Shown in pieces: positions 10,050 through 22,194 of a DNA stretch of 33,859 nucleotides. The stretch lies in NCBI RefSeq assembly GCF_004010195.1, contig NC_057756.1:5515216-5549074 (forward strand). The letters run 5' to 3'. This stretch comes from Chiloscyllium plagiosum (taxonomy: Eukaryota). The notes beneath the pieces are model-generated. The model worked only from the letters and a program-made list of their open reading frames with translations, searched no databases and was not told the origin of the DNA. Within the stretch, counting starts at the first letter, position 1. Every line of letters begins with the position of its first letter. The position numbers and the translations under genes were made by a program.

Positions 10050-12628
10050 TGTTATGAAGCTGGAGGCACTGTTACGACAGGGGGAAAACCCGCCTGCTTA
10101 ATTTAAACCAGCCACACAGAAGAGATTTATCCCGTGCAGTAACCTGTGAAAACCCGAGAGGCCAAGAACTATTTAAAGTAAAAATTAACAACTTTATTAC
10201 TTAAAATAGAACAGAGAATAATTAATGAACAGCTACTTACAACTCTTTCCTCTAACCTATCTTTTATCTTCCCTTCTACAATATTAGTCCAATAAAATCT
10301 CCCCGATTAAGATTAACCAAACACTCAAGTTTTCAAAACCAGCCAGTTGTTTGGATTTTCCTGTTTGGAGCTTCCTGTGCTTTTTTTGCTTCTTTTCAGG
10401 GATTATGCTTCACAGGTTATGGATCGATAAAGGTACCTTTAAGAGAGCTATTGTCTGGGCAGCAGGCAGATGCTGGTGACTTGGCAGTTCTCCTCCCAAA
10501 TGTACAATTTTCCCTGGTCTTATACTCCCGAAGCATCAGATTGTGTCATTGGCTTTTAAGATTATCAATATACTTAATTTAAACTTGAATGGAATTTGAT
10601 ATTTTTCGGGGTATAATTTAAACTGATTGGCTGAATTCAGATCTGTTTTTATCTCCAGGCAACCAGCTACACCAGCTGCTGGACCACATGTGACACTGTA
10701 TCTTGTTGATACACTTGATGCTGTATCAGGTAGTCCTGCTAGCTTTTAACTCTCTTAAAGGTATAGTATCCTTTACACCTTCATAACACCTCCCTTGTAA
10801 GAAAAAAATGAACCATCATAATGAAAAAATGGCTTCATTTTGTTGTATTCTTTAAACACATTACCCTAATATATAGATAATTTTATAAAACAATAAATAA
10901 GTCCAAATCTCATTTAAACTTTATCAGTTAAATCCATGATAATGCATCTGTGATTACATTCTTGTGACATGCAGCGTGTATGATTTTTAAATTAACAGTC
11001 AGTAACATAAGACTCCAACAAAATAGTCTCATATTCTTGTCTTTAAAGCGATCTAAGAATGTAAGTGGATTGTGATCCGTGTACACCACCGTCTCCGGCA
11101 TATTGTTCATGACATACACATTAATATGTTGTCAGGCCAGGACCAAACTCAATCGTTCCTCTTCGATTGTGGAGTATTCCCTCTGGGGGATGTTTGAAAA
11201 GTAACCAACTGGCCGTTCAATCCCATCCTCACCTTCCCGTAAGAGGACAGCTCCAACTCCAATGTCACGAGCATCGATGGCGACTTTAAAAGGTTTTGAA
11301 AACTTTGGTCTAGCCAAAACTGGTTTGGTGGTTAATATCAATTTCAAATGTTCGACTGTCTCCTGGCATTGTTCTGTCCACCGAAACTTTGTGTCTCCTT
11401 CAGCAGTTCTGTTAATAGTGCCACTACACTGCTGAAGTTTGGAACAAAATTTCGAAAGATTTTGCTAACTGAACCTCAACTCCTTCATCTTTTTCTTTTA
11501 CTTACTGTTTTGTGCTGTGACTTACGATAGTGGGATCTGGTTACCACACAGTCTGGGAAAATACCAGGATATTTCTGTTTTAACTCCTCGGTTTCTTGGT
11601 CTTCCTTGGACTTCTCCACAACAAGGGGGTGTCGCTCCCACCTTGGACCCTGCTAAATCATTCCCAACTGAATTCCTGGAACTGACAATCTGTCAATCAC
11701 TCTCACTGTAACTTCTTCAATCTTAAGTTGGCACTCCAACCTGATCTTACATGGGAAACGCTAAATTTCTGTCCGTCTCTCCAACAAATTACCACACTCT
11801 CGGGTAACAGATCATAAAGAGTTCATATTCACTCATCCCTTACTACCAGTGACTGGTTAGATCCTGTATCTCTCAGAATTATAGCTTCTTGTCCTTTTCC
11901 CCCTGTTCTTTCTGAGTAAACTTTACCCACAGAGATGAATTCTTTGTTGAGGTTAGGTACTAACTCTATCCCCAGCCCCTGCCCAGGCTGCGCACTCTCC
12001 TGTCACTCCTCAGTTCTCCTTCACTATTACCACTGGCTTAGCTTCTTTTACCACGTCTTTTCCCACAATGCCTTTCTTTAATGACCAGCACTGCGTCTGT
12101 ACGTGTCCCACCTTCTGGCAGTGAGAACACCTTTTCCCAGTGCCCTTCTGTCACCACTGACACTGTAAGTTTCTGTGTCCCACTCATTACGGTGAACACA
12201 CCTGAGGCCTTTCACCTCCTATCCACCTTCTTTATCCTGTGTTAAATTCTTACCAGTGCTCTCTACTCTTGGTTTCATAGCGTAGGATTTCCCCTTCTCC
12301 CAACTTTTATCCCTCAAAGCACAAAATTCTGACCGGAAGCTTGTCTTATGCACCAACATGTATCCATCTGCTCATTCTGCTGTCCTTCCCATTTCCTGAA
12401 CTCTCTGTTCCTTCATGTGAATTCTTACCATCTCTAGAAGTAAGTTTTTAAACTTTTCCAGCAGAATAATCTCTCACAGAGCCTCAAAGGTCTTATCTAT
12501 TTTTTAAAGCATGCACCTATCTATCAAAATGACTATGTTTAATTCTTTCGAACTCAAGTCTTTGAACATAATTCTGACCTGGCTCCTTCTTTGTGTTTCT
12601 GAACCACTGTCTATATGCTTTTGGTACC

Positions 12629-13088
12629 ATAGAGTCAGAGAGTCATAGAGATGTACAGCACGGTAACAGACCCTTCAGTCCAACCCGTCCATGCTGACCC
12701 AGATATCCCAACCCAATCTAGTCCCACCTGCCAGCACCCAGCCCATATCCCTCCAAACCCTTCCTATTCATGTCCCCATCCAGATGCCTTTCAAATGTTG
12801 CAATTGTACCAGCCTCCACCACTTCTTCTGGCAGCTCATTCCATACACGTACCACCCTCTGTGTGAAAACGTTTCCCCTTAGGTCCCCTTTATATCTTTC
12901 CCCTCTCACCCTAAACCTATGCCCCTCTAGCTCTGGACTCCTCCACCCCATGGAAAAGACTTTGCCTATTTACCCTATCCATGCCCCTCATAATTTTGTA
13001 AACCTCTATAAGGTCACCCCTCAGCCTCCGACGCTCCAGGGAAAACAGCCCCAGCCTGTTCAGCCTCTCCCTGTAGCTCAAATCTTCC
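12629..13088 (-). mobile_element. CR1 3' portion inserted in Gypsy copy 2
   Basis: ORF 12718..12951(-) RGNVFTQRVVRVWNELPEEVVEAGT; (GACTCTAT)-type tail at ~12629-12650. Confidence 0.92.
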
Positions 13089-13179
13089 AACAGATTTGAA
13101 TAGATTTGGGGTATGAAAAATCCCAGTAGATTTAAAGACTTGCAGGTAGTGTCCTAGATCCTTAAATAAAATAAAACAA

Positions 13180-13286
13180 GTGCTGGCAGGTGGGACTAGA
13201 TTGGGTTGGGATATCTGGTCGGCATGGACAGGTTGGACCGAAGGGTCTGTTTCCATGCTGTACATCTCTATGACTCTATAACTCTA
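13180..13286 (+). mobile_element. CR1 3' end, inverted relative to 12629-12740
   Basis: GGTGGGACTAGATTGGGTTGGGATATCTGG...CTCTATGACTCTATAACTCTA. Confidence 0.9.
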
Positions 13287-13287
13287 A

Positions 13288-13307
13288 ATCCCAACGACGA
13301 GCCCCCA
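13288..13307 (-). promoter_or_regulatory. Primer-binding site complementary to tRNA-Pro
   Basis: Minus strand TGGGGGCTCGTCGTTGGGAT, 3 nt from the LTR end; compare the classical tRNA-Pro PBS TGGGGGCTCGTCCGGGAT. Confidence 0.8.
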
Positions 13308-14834
13308 AACTGTTACGAAACGGGGTAAACCCTCCTGCTTAATTTAAACCAGCCACACTGAAAAGATTTATCCCGTGCAGTAATCTGTGAAAACCTGAGA
13401 GGCCAAGAACTATTTAAAGTAAAAATTAACAAGTTTATTTCTTAAAGCAGAAAAGAGAATAACTAATGGACAACTATTTACAACTCCTTCCTCTAATCTA
13501 TCTTCTATAATACTCATCCGATAAATCCCCCTGATTAAGATTTACCAAAAAGTCAAGTTTTCAAAACCAAAACCAGTTGAATCTCCTGTTTGGATCTTCC
13601 TGTGTCTTCTTCTTTTTTTCTTTTTAGGGATTATGCAGCACAGGTTACTGATTGATAAAGGTACCTTTAAGAAAGCTATTGCCTGGGCAGTCTCTACATG
13701 TGGGTGGCTTGGCAGTTCTCCTCCCAACTGTTCACTTTTCCCCAGATCTGAAACCCCCAAAGCATCAGATTGTGTCATTGGATTTGAAGATTGTCAATGT
13801 ACTCAATTCAAACTTGATTGGCATTTGGTATTTTTCGGAGTATAATTTAAACTGATTGGCCTAATTTGAATCTGTTTTTGTCTCCAGGCAACCAGCTACA
13901 CTAACTGCCGGACCACATGTTACATTGTATCTTGTTGCGAACACTTGATGCTGTCAGATAGTTCTGCTAGCATTTCACTTTCTTAAAGGTACAGTCCACC
14001 CACATCTTCATAACAGTGTGTTAAGAGAGAGTGAAAGCTCGCAAGCACATGTCACAGAGTGTGCTGGAAAATTGAAAGATGTAACGTTCTGGCTTAACGT
14101 AGATACTAGTTGTTTTCACAGCAGTTTGAATTTAACCAATCAGTTTAAATTAAGCCCCAAGATACTAAAACCCAATCAAATTTGAATGTTATTGTTTTGA
14201 CAACATCGAACCAATGAGATGATCTGATGGTTGGGGTTTAGCAAGCAGGCATTTTGGACAGTTAGACAGAAAGAGCTGCACCTGCCATTGTCAGACAGAC
14301 TGCCCGAAAACTCTCCACAAAAGGTACCTTTTCACGTGAAAATTCTAAGCAGCAGAAGACCGAGATGATCCAGGGAGATCTATAAGTTCGACACCGAAGA
14401 CAACAGCCGCTGACTGGTTTTGAAACTTGAGTTACTGTAAATTTAAAAGGAGCTTTATCGGATCAGTATATTGTTATACTGTTATCGAGAGAAAGGATGC
14501 TTCGAGTTGTAAACAGTTGTTGTTTAATGTTTGATATTTTTATAAATAGTGGAATTTGGGACTTAGACAGATTATGAGACAAAGTGAACTTTTCTGTGTG
14601 CTTGGTTGAATTACTAGAAGGATTTACCACTGTGCCGTAGCAGATTCTGGGCTTCGATCTGTGATTTCGGCAGGTTTAGACAGATCCGGTCTGAGATTTA
14701 AACAGATTTGGGGTAAAAGATCTCAGAGATTTAAAGACTTGCCAATTAGTGTCCTATTACTTTAAATAAAACGTAGAGGAGACAATTAGTTTAACTTTGG
14801 TTATTTGTGGTTGGTTAAATTAAAAGTGATATAA

Positions 14835-17800
14835 ATAGCTCTTAAAATTGCTAAATTGCTTTAAATTGCTGAAGGTGATTCCCAAATTTGCCAAGAAAGT
14901 TGAGAAAGAAAATAACATATTTTTAGAATTAGCAAAGAGATTAGAATTGGGTTTAACAAAAGAACAGAAGTAAAGCTGAAACTGCAGGGGAGTTACTCAA
15001 ACACTTAGATGAGTCAGAGAAACAGACAAGTGCAGGAGGGATAGGAAAATGTAAATTACGTTTGAGGGAAATGGAGTTAGAAAATAAACAAAGAGAGAAA
15101 GAGGAAAGAGAGAGGGTGAGAGAAAGGGGAAGAGAGGAAAAAGAAAAGGAGAGAAGGTTCATAGCTGAACAAAGAGAGACAGAAGGAAGGGAGAGAGATC
15201 GGGAGAAAAGAAAGAGAAATGGACAGAGAGTTTGAATTTGCGACTGAGTTTACAGCTGAGTCAGCAAAGTCAAGTTAACAGGATGGAGATGAAGAGACAA
15301 GGTAGTACAAATATGTTAAAACTCTGCCACATTTTGATAAGAAAGATGTTGAAGCCTCCTTTACTTCATTTGAAAAATTGGTCAGGCAGATGGCGTGGTC
15401 CGAGGATTTTTGGGTGATGTTAGTTCAGACTAAGCTGGCAGGCAGAGCTGGTGAGGTATTTGCCGCGCTCTCAGATAAGGGGTCAAGAGATGATGAAGAG
15501 GTTAAACAGGTTATTTTAAGTGCTTATGAATTGGTACCAAAAGCATATAGACAGCAGTTCAGAAACATAAAAAAGGAACCGGGTCAGACTTATGTTGAGT
15601 TCGACAGAATTAAACATAATCATTTTGATAGAAGGGTGTGGGCCTTAAAAATGGATAAGACCTATGAGGCTCTAAGAGAGGTTATTCTGCTGGAGGAGTT
15701 TAAAAACTCACTTCCAGAGATGGTAGGTATTCATGTGGATGAACAGAAAGTTCAGGCAGTGAGAAGAGTAGCAGAGATGGCAGATGAATATACATTGGTG
15801 CATAAAGCAAGGTTTGGCTTTCGGCAATAATTTCATCCTGTGAGGGATAGGAAGTAGGAGAAGGGGAGAGCCTACGCTACAAAACCAAGAGTAGAGAGCA
15901 CTGGTAATTGTTTGCCACAGGTTAAAAAAAGAAGCCCAAGAGGGTGAAAAGGAGGTGAAAGGCCTCAGGTGTTTCAGGTAAAGTGGGACACAGAAAGTCC
16001 TGGTGCTGGTGGTTAAAGAAACGCCCTGTGGGAAAAGATGTGGGAAAAGAAGCTGAGCCAGTGGCATTAGTGAAGGGAGTAAAGGAGACCACAAGGAGAG
16101 CCAAGGAGCTGCAGGAAAGTGCACAGCCTAGACAGGGGCTGGGGATGGAGTTAGTACCTAATCTCTACAAAGAATTCACCTCTGTGGGTAAAGTTTACTC
16201 AGGGGGAGAGAAGGACAAGAAGCTATAGTTCTGAGAGATACAGGATCTAACCAGTCACTGATAGTAAGGGATGAGTGAATCTGCACTCTTTCTGATCTGT
16301 TACCTGAGATTGTGGTAGTTTGTGGGATAGGTGGGCAGACATTTAGCGTTCCCCTGTGTAAGATCAGGTTGGAGTGCCAACTCAAGACTGGAGAAATTAC
16401 TGTGGGAGTGATTGACAGATTGTCAGTTTCAGGAATTCAGTTTGTTCTTGGGAATGATTAGGCAGGATCCGCGGTGGGAGTGACACCCCCTTGTTGTGGA
16501 AAAGCCCAGGGAAGATCAAGAAACTGAGGAGTTAAAGCAGAAATATCTTGGTATTTTCCCAGATTGTAACAAAATCCCACTACCGTAAGTTACAACACAA
16601 AACAAAAACTAAAGAGAAAGATGAAGGAGTTGTGGTTCGGTTTGCGGACACCCTGTTTGATGTAATGGTGCAGGAGAAACCTGAACAGGCAGAGGGTCAG
16701 ACAGAAGAGTTTACTCCTGAAAGGCTAATGAACTTGCAACAGCAAGACAAGACGACAAAAGATATATATGTGGATGCATACTCCGAAAAGGAGGCAGGGA
16801 ATATTCTGAAGGACTATTATCTGAAAGATAGAATCCTAAGGTAGAAATAGAGATGACGGCAGGTTGATGCGGAGGATAAATGGGCCAAAGTGCACCAGAG
16901 TGTGTTGCCAATAGCATCCAGACAGGAGGTGTTACAGATAGCACATGAACTACCTGTACCCTAGGGGTACGAAAGACTCAGGCTAAGGTACAAAACATTT
17001 TTATTGGTCTGAAATGCCCAAGATTGTGCTTAACTTTTGCCAAACATGCCAAATGGTAGGTAAGCCACAGACGGTAATAAAACCAGCCCCTTTGTTGCCA
17101 ATTCCCACATTTGAAGAACCTTCCACCCTGGTTATAATCGATTGTGTCGGTCCCCTCCCCAGAACTAAAACTGGGAACAATAATGGATGTGTCTCCAGGT
17201 TTCCGGAGGCAATTCCGTTATGGAGTATCAAGGCAAAAAGGGTGGTAGAGGAGTTAGTAGCTTTCTTCACACGGTATGGGCTACCCAGAGAGATTCAGTT
17301 GGACCAAGGGTCTAAATTTACCACCAGGCTTTTGAGGGAGGTTATGGACACAGCTTAGGTATACAGCCCTTTAAATCCAGTGCGTATCACCCTGAATCCC
17401 AGGGAGCTTTAGAAAGGTGGCATCAGACCCTGAAGCCCATGTTGAGAGCGTACTGTCAGGATTACCCGAATGATTGGGATAAAGGTATCCCAATCACATT
17501 GTCTGCCATTAGAGATGCCCCAAATGAATCTACTCAGTTTACTCCCTTTGAGTTAATATTCGGACAGGAAGTGAGAGGCCCTTTGAAACTAAAGAGGAAT
17601 TGACAGGACCAAAGTCGGAGATCTCACACTTAGATTATGTATCACAGGTGAAGGAGAGACTAAAGCTGAACAGCACCTGAGGAGCACACAGCATGAATAA
17701 AGCAGAGAGAAATTCAGAAATTCAGACATTTTTCCAAGGGGATGACGTGTTAGTACTGTTACCAGTGATAAGAGGTCACGTCAAAGCCAGGTTTAGTGGT

Positions 17801-19387
17801 CCCTATCAAATTGGGAAAAAGTTGAATCAGGTGAACTATCTGGTAAAGATGCCAGGTAGAAAAAACTGTATGGGGTATGATGTGAATATTTTGAAACTTT
17901 ATTATAATAGAGAGAAGGAACTGGAGAAACAGGTGTTACATTACTGCCCTACAGAGTGAGATTTCAAATCCAGATGTTGTGGAGTTCAATGTGCCTCACA
18001 GTATGTTATCAATGAGGAAGTCCTTGAGGAGTGGGATAGGTTAGTAACTATCTGCCTCAGGAGCAGAGAACCCAGTTGAAAGGCTTGTTGCAACAATATG
18101 AGGACAAACGCAGAAATAAGATGGGGAGGACTAATACTGTTGTACATGAGGTAGATGTAGATAAAGCAACAACCCTACAGGCTTAATCCTTTCAAAGCCA
18201 GGCAGGTCCAGAGGGAAGTGGATGCAATGCTCAAGAAAGATACCATCGAACCGAGTCAGAGCGAGTGGAGTTCACCGATTGTGTAAGTTCCCAAGCCTGA
18301 CAGGACTCAATGGTTTTGTGTGGACTATCAGAAGGTCAACACTGTAACAAAATCAGACTCCTCCAAGATTGGAGGACTGTATCGAGAAAATTGGACAAGC
18401 CAGTTACATCACCAAGTTGGACTTCCTGCGTGGTTATTGGCAGGTACCTTCATCAGAGAAAGCGGAAGAGGTTTCTGCATTTCTAACCCCAAATGGGCTA
18501 TATCAGTTCAAAGTGATACACTTTGGAATGAAGAACGCACCAGCCACATTCCAAAGTCTCATGAACAGAGTTGTGGCTGGGTTAACAAACTGTGCAGTCT
18601 ATCTGGACAATGTAGTGATCTTTAGTAAGTCCTGGAAAGATCACATGGTACAGTTGGCAGAGCTCTTCGAACTGTTACGAGAAGCAAAACTGGTGATAAA
18701 CTTAAATAAAACTGAATTTGTGAAAGCAGAGGTAACGTAACATTGGTCATGGAAGATGGACCCCATAGAATGCAAAGATGAAGGCCATCGAGGAATTTCC
18801 ATGACCAACCTCAAAGAAAGAGATGCTTCAATTTTTGGGACTAAGTGAATTCTATCGGAAGTTTGTTCAAAGTTCAGCAGTGTAGGGGCTCTGTTGACCG
18901 ATTTTCTGAAGAAGAACACAAAATTTTGGTGGACCGAACAATGCCAGGTGGCATTTGATCATTTAAAAGCAGTATTGACCACCACCTAGTTTTAGCAACA
19001 CCAAACATTTTGAAACCCATCAAAGTTGCCATCAATGCTCGTGACATAGGAGCTGGAGCTGTACTCCTACAGGAAGATGATGATGGAATTGAACTGCCAG
19101 TTGGTTACTTTTCAAAGAAACTCAACACTGACCAGAGAAAATATTCTACGATCATTAAAGAACTATTGAGTTCGGTACTAGCCTTACAACATTTTAATTT
19201 GTATGTCATGAACAATGGGTCTGAGATGGTGAGGTACATGGATCACAATCTGCTTACATTGGGATGTTTTAGATAAAAGAATATGAGACTATTTTGTTGG
19301 AGTCTTATGTTACAGACTTTTAATGAACAAATCGTACATGTTGCGGATCATAAGAATGTGATAGCAGATGTGTTATCACGGATTTAA
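14835..19387 (+). pseudogene. Decayed gag-pol of copy 3: gag (SCAN-like), PR, integrase, RT, RNase H
   Basis: VILLEEFKNSLP (~15680); LRDTGS (~16231); INT IAHE..HFYW..CQTCQ, IIDCVGPLP, DQGSKF, AYHPESQGALERWHQTLK, SGPY (~16930-17830); RT SEWSSP, KLDFLRGYWQ, FGMKNAPATFQ, YLDN (~18240-18740); RH AGAVLLQ..VGYFSKKL (~19010-19390). Confidence 0.92.
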
Positions 19388-20257
19388 TGGATAAAGTATA
19401 GATAAGATTGAACAGATACCAAAGTTATGTGTGTGTGCAGAAGTTAATATGAACTGGGATTAATGCCTTATGTATTTCATAGTAATGGGGTTGAGAAATA
19501 GAAAAAAAGAATCCATCCTTTCATTATGATCGTTCATTTTCTTTTCTTAAGGGGGAGATTTTATGAAGTTCATGACATGCACTGGACCTTTAAGAGAGAG
19601 TGAGATCTGGTAACTACCTGTCCTGTCATAGAATGTGCTGGAAAATTGAAAGATGTAACATTTTGGCTTAAATTAGATACTAGTTGTTTTCACAGCAGTT
19701 TGAATTTAACCAATCAGTTTAAATTAAGCCCCAAGATACTAAAACCCAATCAAATTTGAATTTTATTGTTTTGACAACATCGAACCAATGAGATGATCCG
19801 ATAGGTGGGGTTTAGAAAGCAGGCATTTTGGACAGTTAGACAGAAAGAGCTCCACCTGCCATTGTCAGACAGACTGCCCAAAAACTCTCCACAAAAGGTA
19901 CCTTTTCACGTGAAAATTCTATGCAGCAGAAGACCGAGATGACCCAGGGAGATCTACAAACAGAGGAAGTTCGACACCGAAGACAACAGCCGCTGACTGG
20001 TTTTGAAACTTGAGTTACTGTAAATTTAATAGGGGCTTTATCAGATCAGTATATTGTTATAGAGTGAGATAACACACCCTCAAGAGAAAGGAGGCTTAGA
20101 GTTGTAAACAGGTCACTTTAATGTTAAAGAATAAAATTGATATTTTTTTGTTAAATAGTGGAATTTGGGTAGTTCTCTGTCACTCATACTTTAACAGATT
20201 ATAAGGTGAGGTTAACTTGGTTTAATTAGCAGAAGGATTTACTGCTGTGTCGTAACA

Positions 20258-20571
20258 ATAGGGTGAATAGATAAGGTCTTTTCCCTGGGGTAGGGGAGTC
20301 TAAAACTAGTGGGCATAGACGTAAGGTGAGAAGGGAAAGATTAAAGGGCACCTGACGGGCAACTTTTTCACCCAGAGGGTGGTGCGTGTATGGAATGAGC
20401 TGCCAGAAGAAGTGGTGGAGGCTGGTACAATTACAGCATTTAAGAGGCACCTTAAGAGAATTTGTGACAAATGCTAACAAATAGGAATAGATTAATTTAG
20501 GACATCTGGTCAGCATGGATGAGTTGGACCGAAGGGTCTGTTTCCGTGCTGTATGGCTCTCTATGACTCTA
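20258..20571 (+). mobile_element. CR1 3' end, right half of the element split at 10049
   Basis: TTTTCACCCAGAGGGTGGTGCGTGTATGGAATGAGCTGCCAG...GGACCGAAGGGTCTGTTTCCGTGCTGTATG..CTCTATGACTCTA. Confidence 0.92.
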
Positions 20572-20834
20572 GAAAAAGAAATGGGAAGAAGATGAGAAAT
20601 AAGAGAATAATGAAAAGAGGCAAAGAGTGTTTAAAAACTAAATTAGATTAAAAAGAAACAATAAAGACCAATGGAAAAGGAGATGGAGCTTTTAATAAAT
20701 AGTTTAGAATCCAAAGAGAGAAGGAAACTAGACAACATGGTTTGATTACAGGTGAACTTGGAGTAAAGGAGGAGAAATTAGGGATTAGGATGATTTTGAT
20801 TCCAATGAGAGATTTGATCGAACAACGAGTCTAC

Positions 20835-21030
20835 GCAAAGGATGGTGAGGGCCTGGAATGTGCTGCCAGACACAATATCAGCATTCAAGTAGCACCTGGA
20901 TGAATACATGAATCTGAAGGGAGTAGAGGGACATGGGTCCTGTAGTTTTCGAATGAATGGGCAAAATGTGTAAGTGGACGCTTGGAGGACTGAAGGGACT
21001 GTTCCTGTTCTGTATTGTTCCTTATTCTTT
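20835..21030 (+). mobile_element. Old CR1 3' fragment
   Basis: GGTGAGGGCCTGGAATGTGCTGCCAG...GACTGAAGGGACTGTTCCTGTTCTGTATTGTTC. Confidence 0.7.
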
Positions 21031-21647
21031 AAACCTAGTGCCTCATGTTACTGAGGATAGAGCTGGAAGGTCTGCATTTCACTTGAGTATGCAACTGGTC
21101 AGAAGGAGAGGCCAAAGATATTTGGACCTTCATTTTACCGGGTATTTTGACAGGTCCAGCTCTGACCACATCCCTTTGTTTGTCAGAAGAACAATCTGCG
21201 GACCATGAAAAGATTAAAAAGGTGATTCATAACATGCATGAGCTTGGCTTTGGAATGTATCAGTTAAAATTCAGGATGACAAGAAAGATGTCCAACCAGA
21301 AGTCACCTGGAGAACTTGCAAGAGGAAAAGAAATAATGACTTTGATTATTGAAGTAAGAAAACACAAGGAAAATTCTGATGATGAGAATGAAAACCTAAA
21401 ACTGCTTTTGGATGAGCATCGAATCGTGAAAGATCAGGATAGCAGCAGTTCTGAGGAATATTTTATCTCACATACGCAGTTACCAGTGCGGAGATGCTCA
21501 TTTAGGAATTCATAAGGGCATTGAACAGTGGAAAACCTATGAATGGAAGAGGTCATATTTGGGAGAATACACAGAAGGATGTCAGCGAAATAAAGACAAT
21601 GCCAGACCCATAATGAAAGAAACATTGTCATAATACTGAACATCCTG

Positions 21648-21855
21648 AAGTCGAAAGGTGTGGCACAGGAAAAGCACAACGGATCAGGCAGCATCCGAGG
21701 AGCAGGAGAATCGATATTTTGGGCATCATCTCTCTCTCCTTGATGAAGGGTTTATACCCGAAATGTTGATTCTCCTGCTCCTCGGATGCTGTGCTTTTCC
21801 AGCGCCACACTTTTCGACTCTGGTCTCCAGCATCTGCAGTCCTCACTTTCTCCTG
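21648..21855. mobile_element. Family A Penelope-like element in inverted-repeat form with degenerate hammerhead (~21739-21772)
   Basis: Left arm GCATCCGAGGAGCAGGAGAATC pairs with right arm GATTCTCCTGCTCCTCGGATGC; core TTGATGAAGGGTTTATACCCGAAATGTTG. Confidence 0.75.
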
Positions 21856-22194
21856 GACAGACCAAACCCAATTGTTGGAAGTTAAATGGGAGACCAGTTT
21901 GGAGGCCTAAACGCTCTTCAGAAAGGGGACGTCTGTGAAGGAAGTAAGCAGTAGAACTGTGGCAGGAGCACAGAGGGAACATGCTTCCCTTGAACACAAT
22001 AACAAGCAAGAGTTGTCTCAATACAGTCGTGAAAGTTTATCTTTTAAGTATTGACAAAGAGGATCAGACTGCTGGATGTTCTGAGTATTTTATTTCAAAA
22101 GGTGAGATACTTCAAGGCAAAGAATTAATCAATAAAGATATTGAGAGACGCTGGACCAAGTCAGATACTGATGCTGAGAGCATTACAAAAAGCT

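Larger units (their letters stand above)
10070..14015 (-). mobile_element. Gmr1-like Gypsy copy 2, internally deleted (5' LTR 13311-14015, 3' LTR 10070-10788)
   Basis: Direct repeats TGTTACG...CATAACA at both ends; PPT AAGGGAGG (-) at 10789-10796; RNase H (VYTDHNPL, KVAIDARDIGVGAVLL), protease and gag remnants; INT and RT absent. Confidence 0.92.
10050..20257 (+). mobile_element. Gmr1-like Gypsy copy 3, full length (5' LTR split into 10050-10069 and ~14016-14642; 3' LTR 19559-20257)
   Basis: TGTTATGAAG start, CGTAACA end, PPT AAGGGGGAGA at 19549-19558, ATAA/ATAG target-site duplication (one mismatch) in CR1; the two LTRs align along their length. Confidence 0.9.

Noticed and set aside
13288..13307. 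Gammaretroviral ERV suggested by the tRNA-Pro PBS
   Set aside because: pol motifs are Gypsy-type with Gmr1 order, and only ~170 bp separate RNase H from the PPT, leaving no room for env
15378..15830. Host SCAN-domain gene
   Set aside because: Lies between LTRs in a gag with stops and frameshifts, and has three local copies
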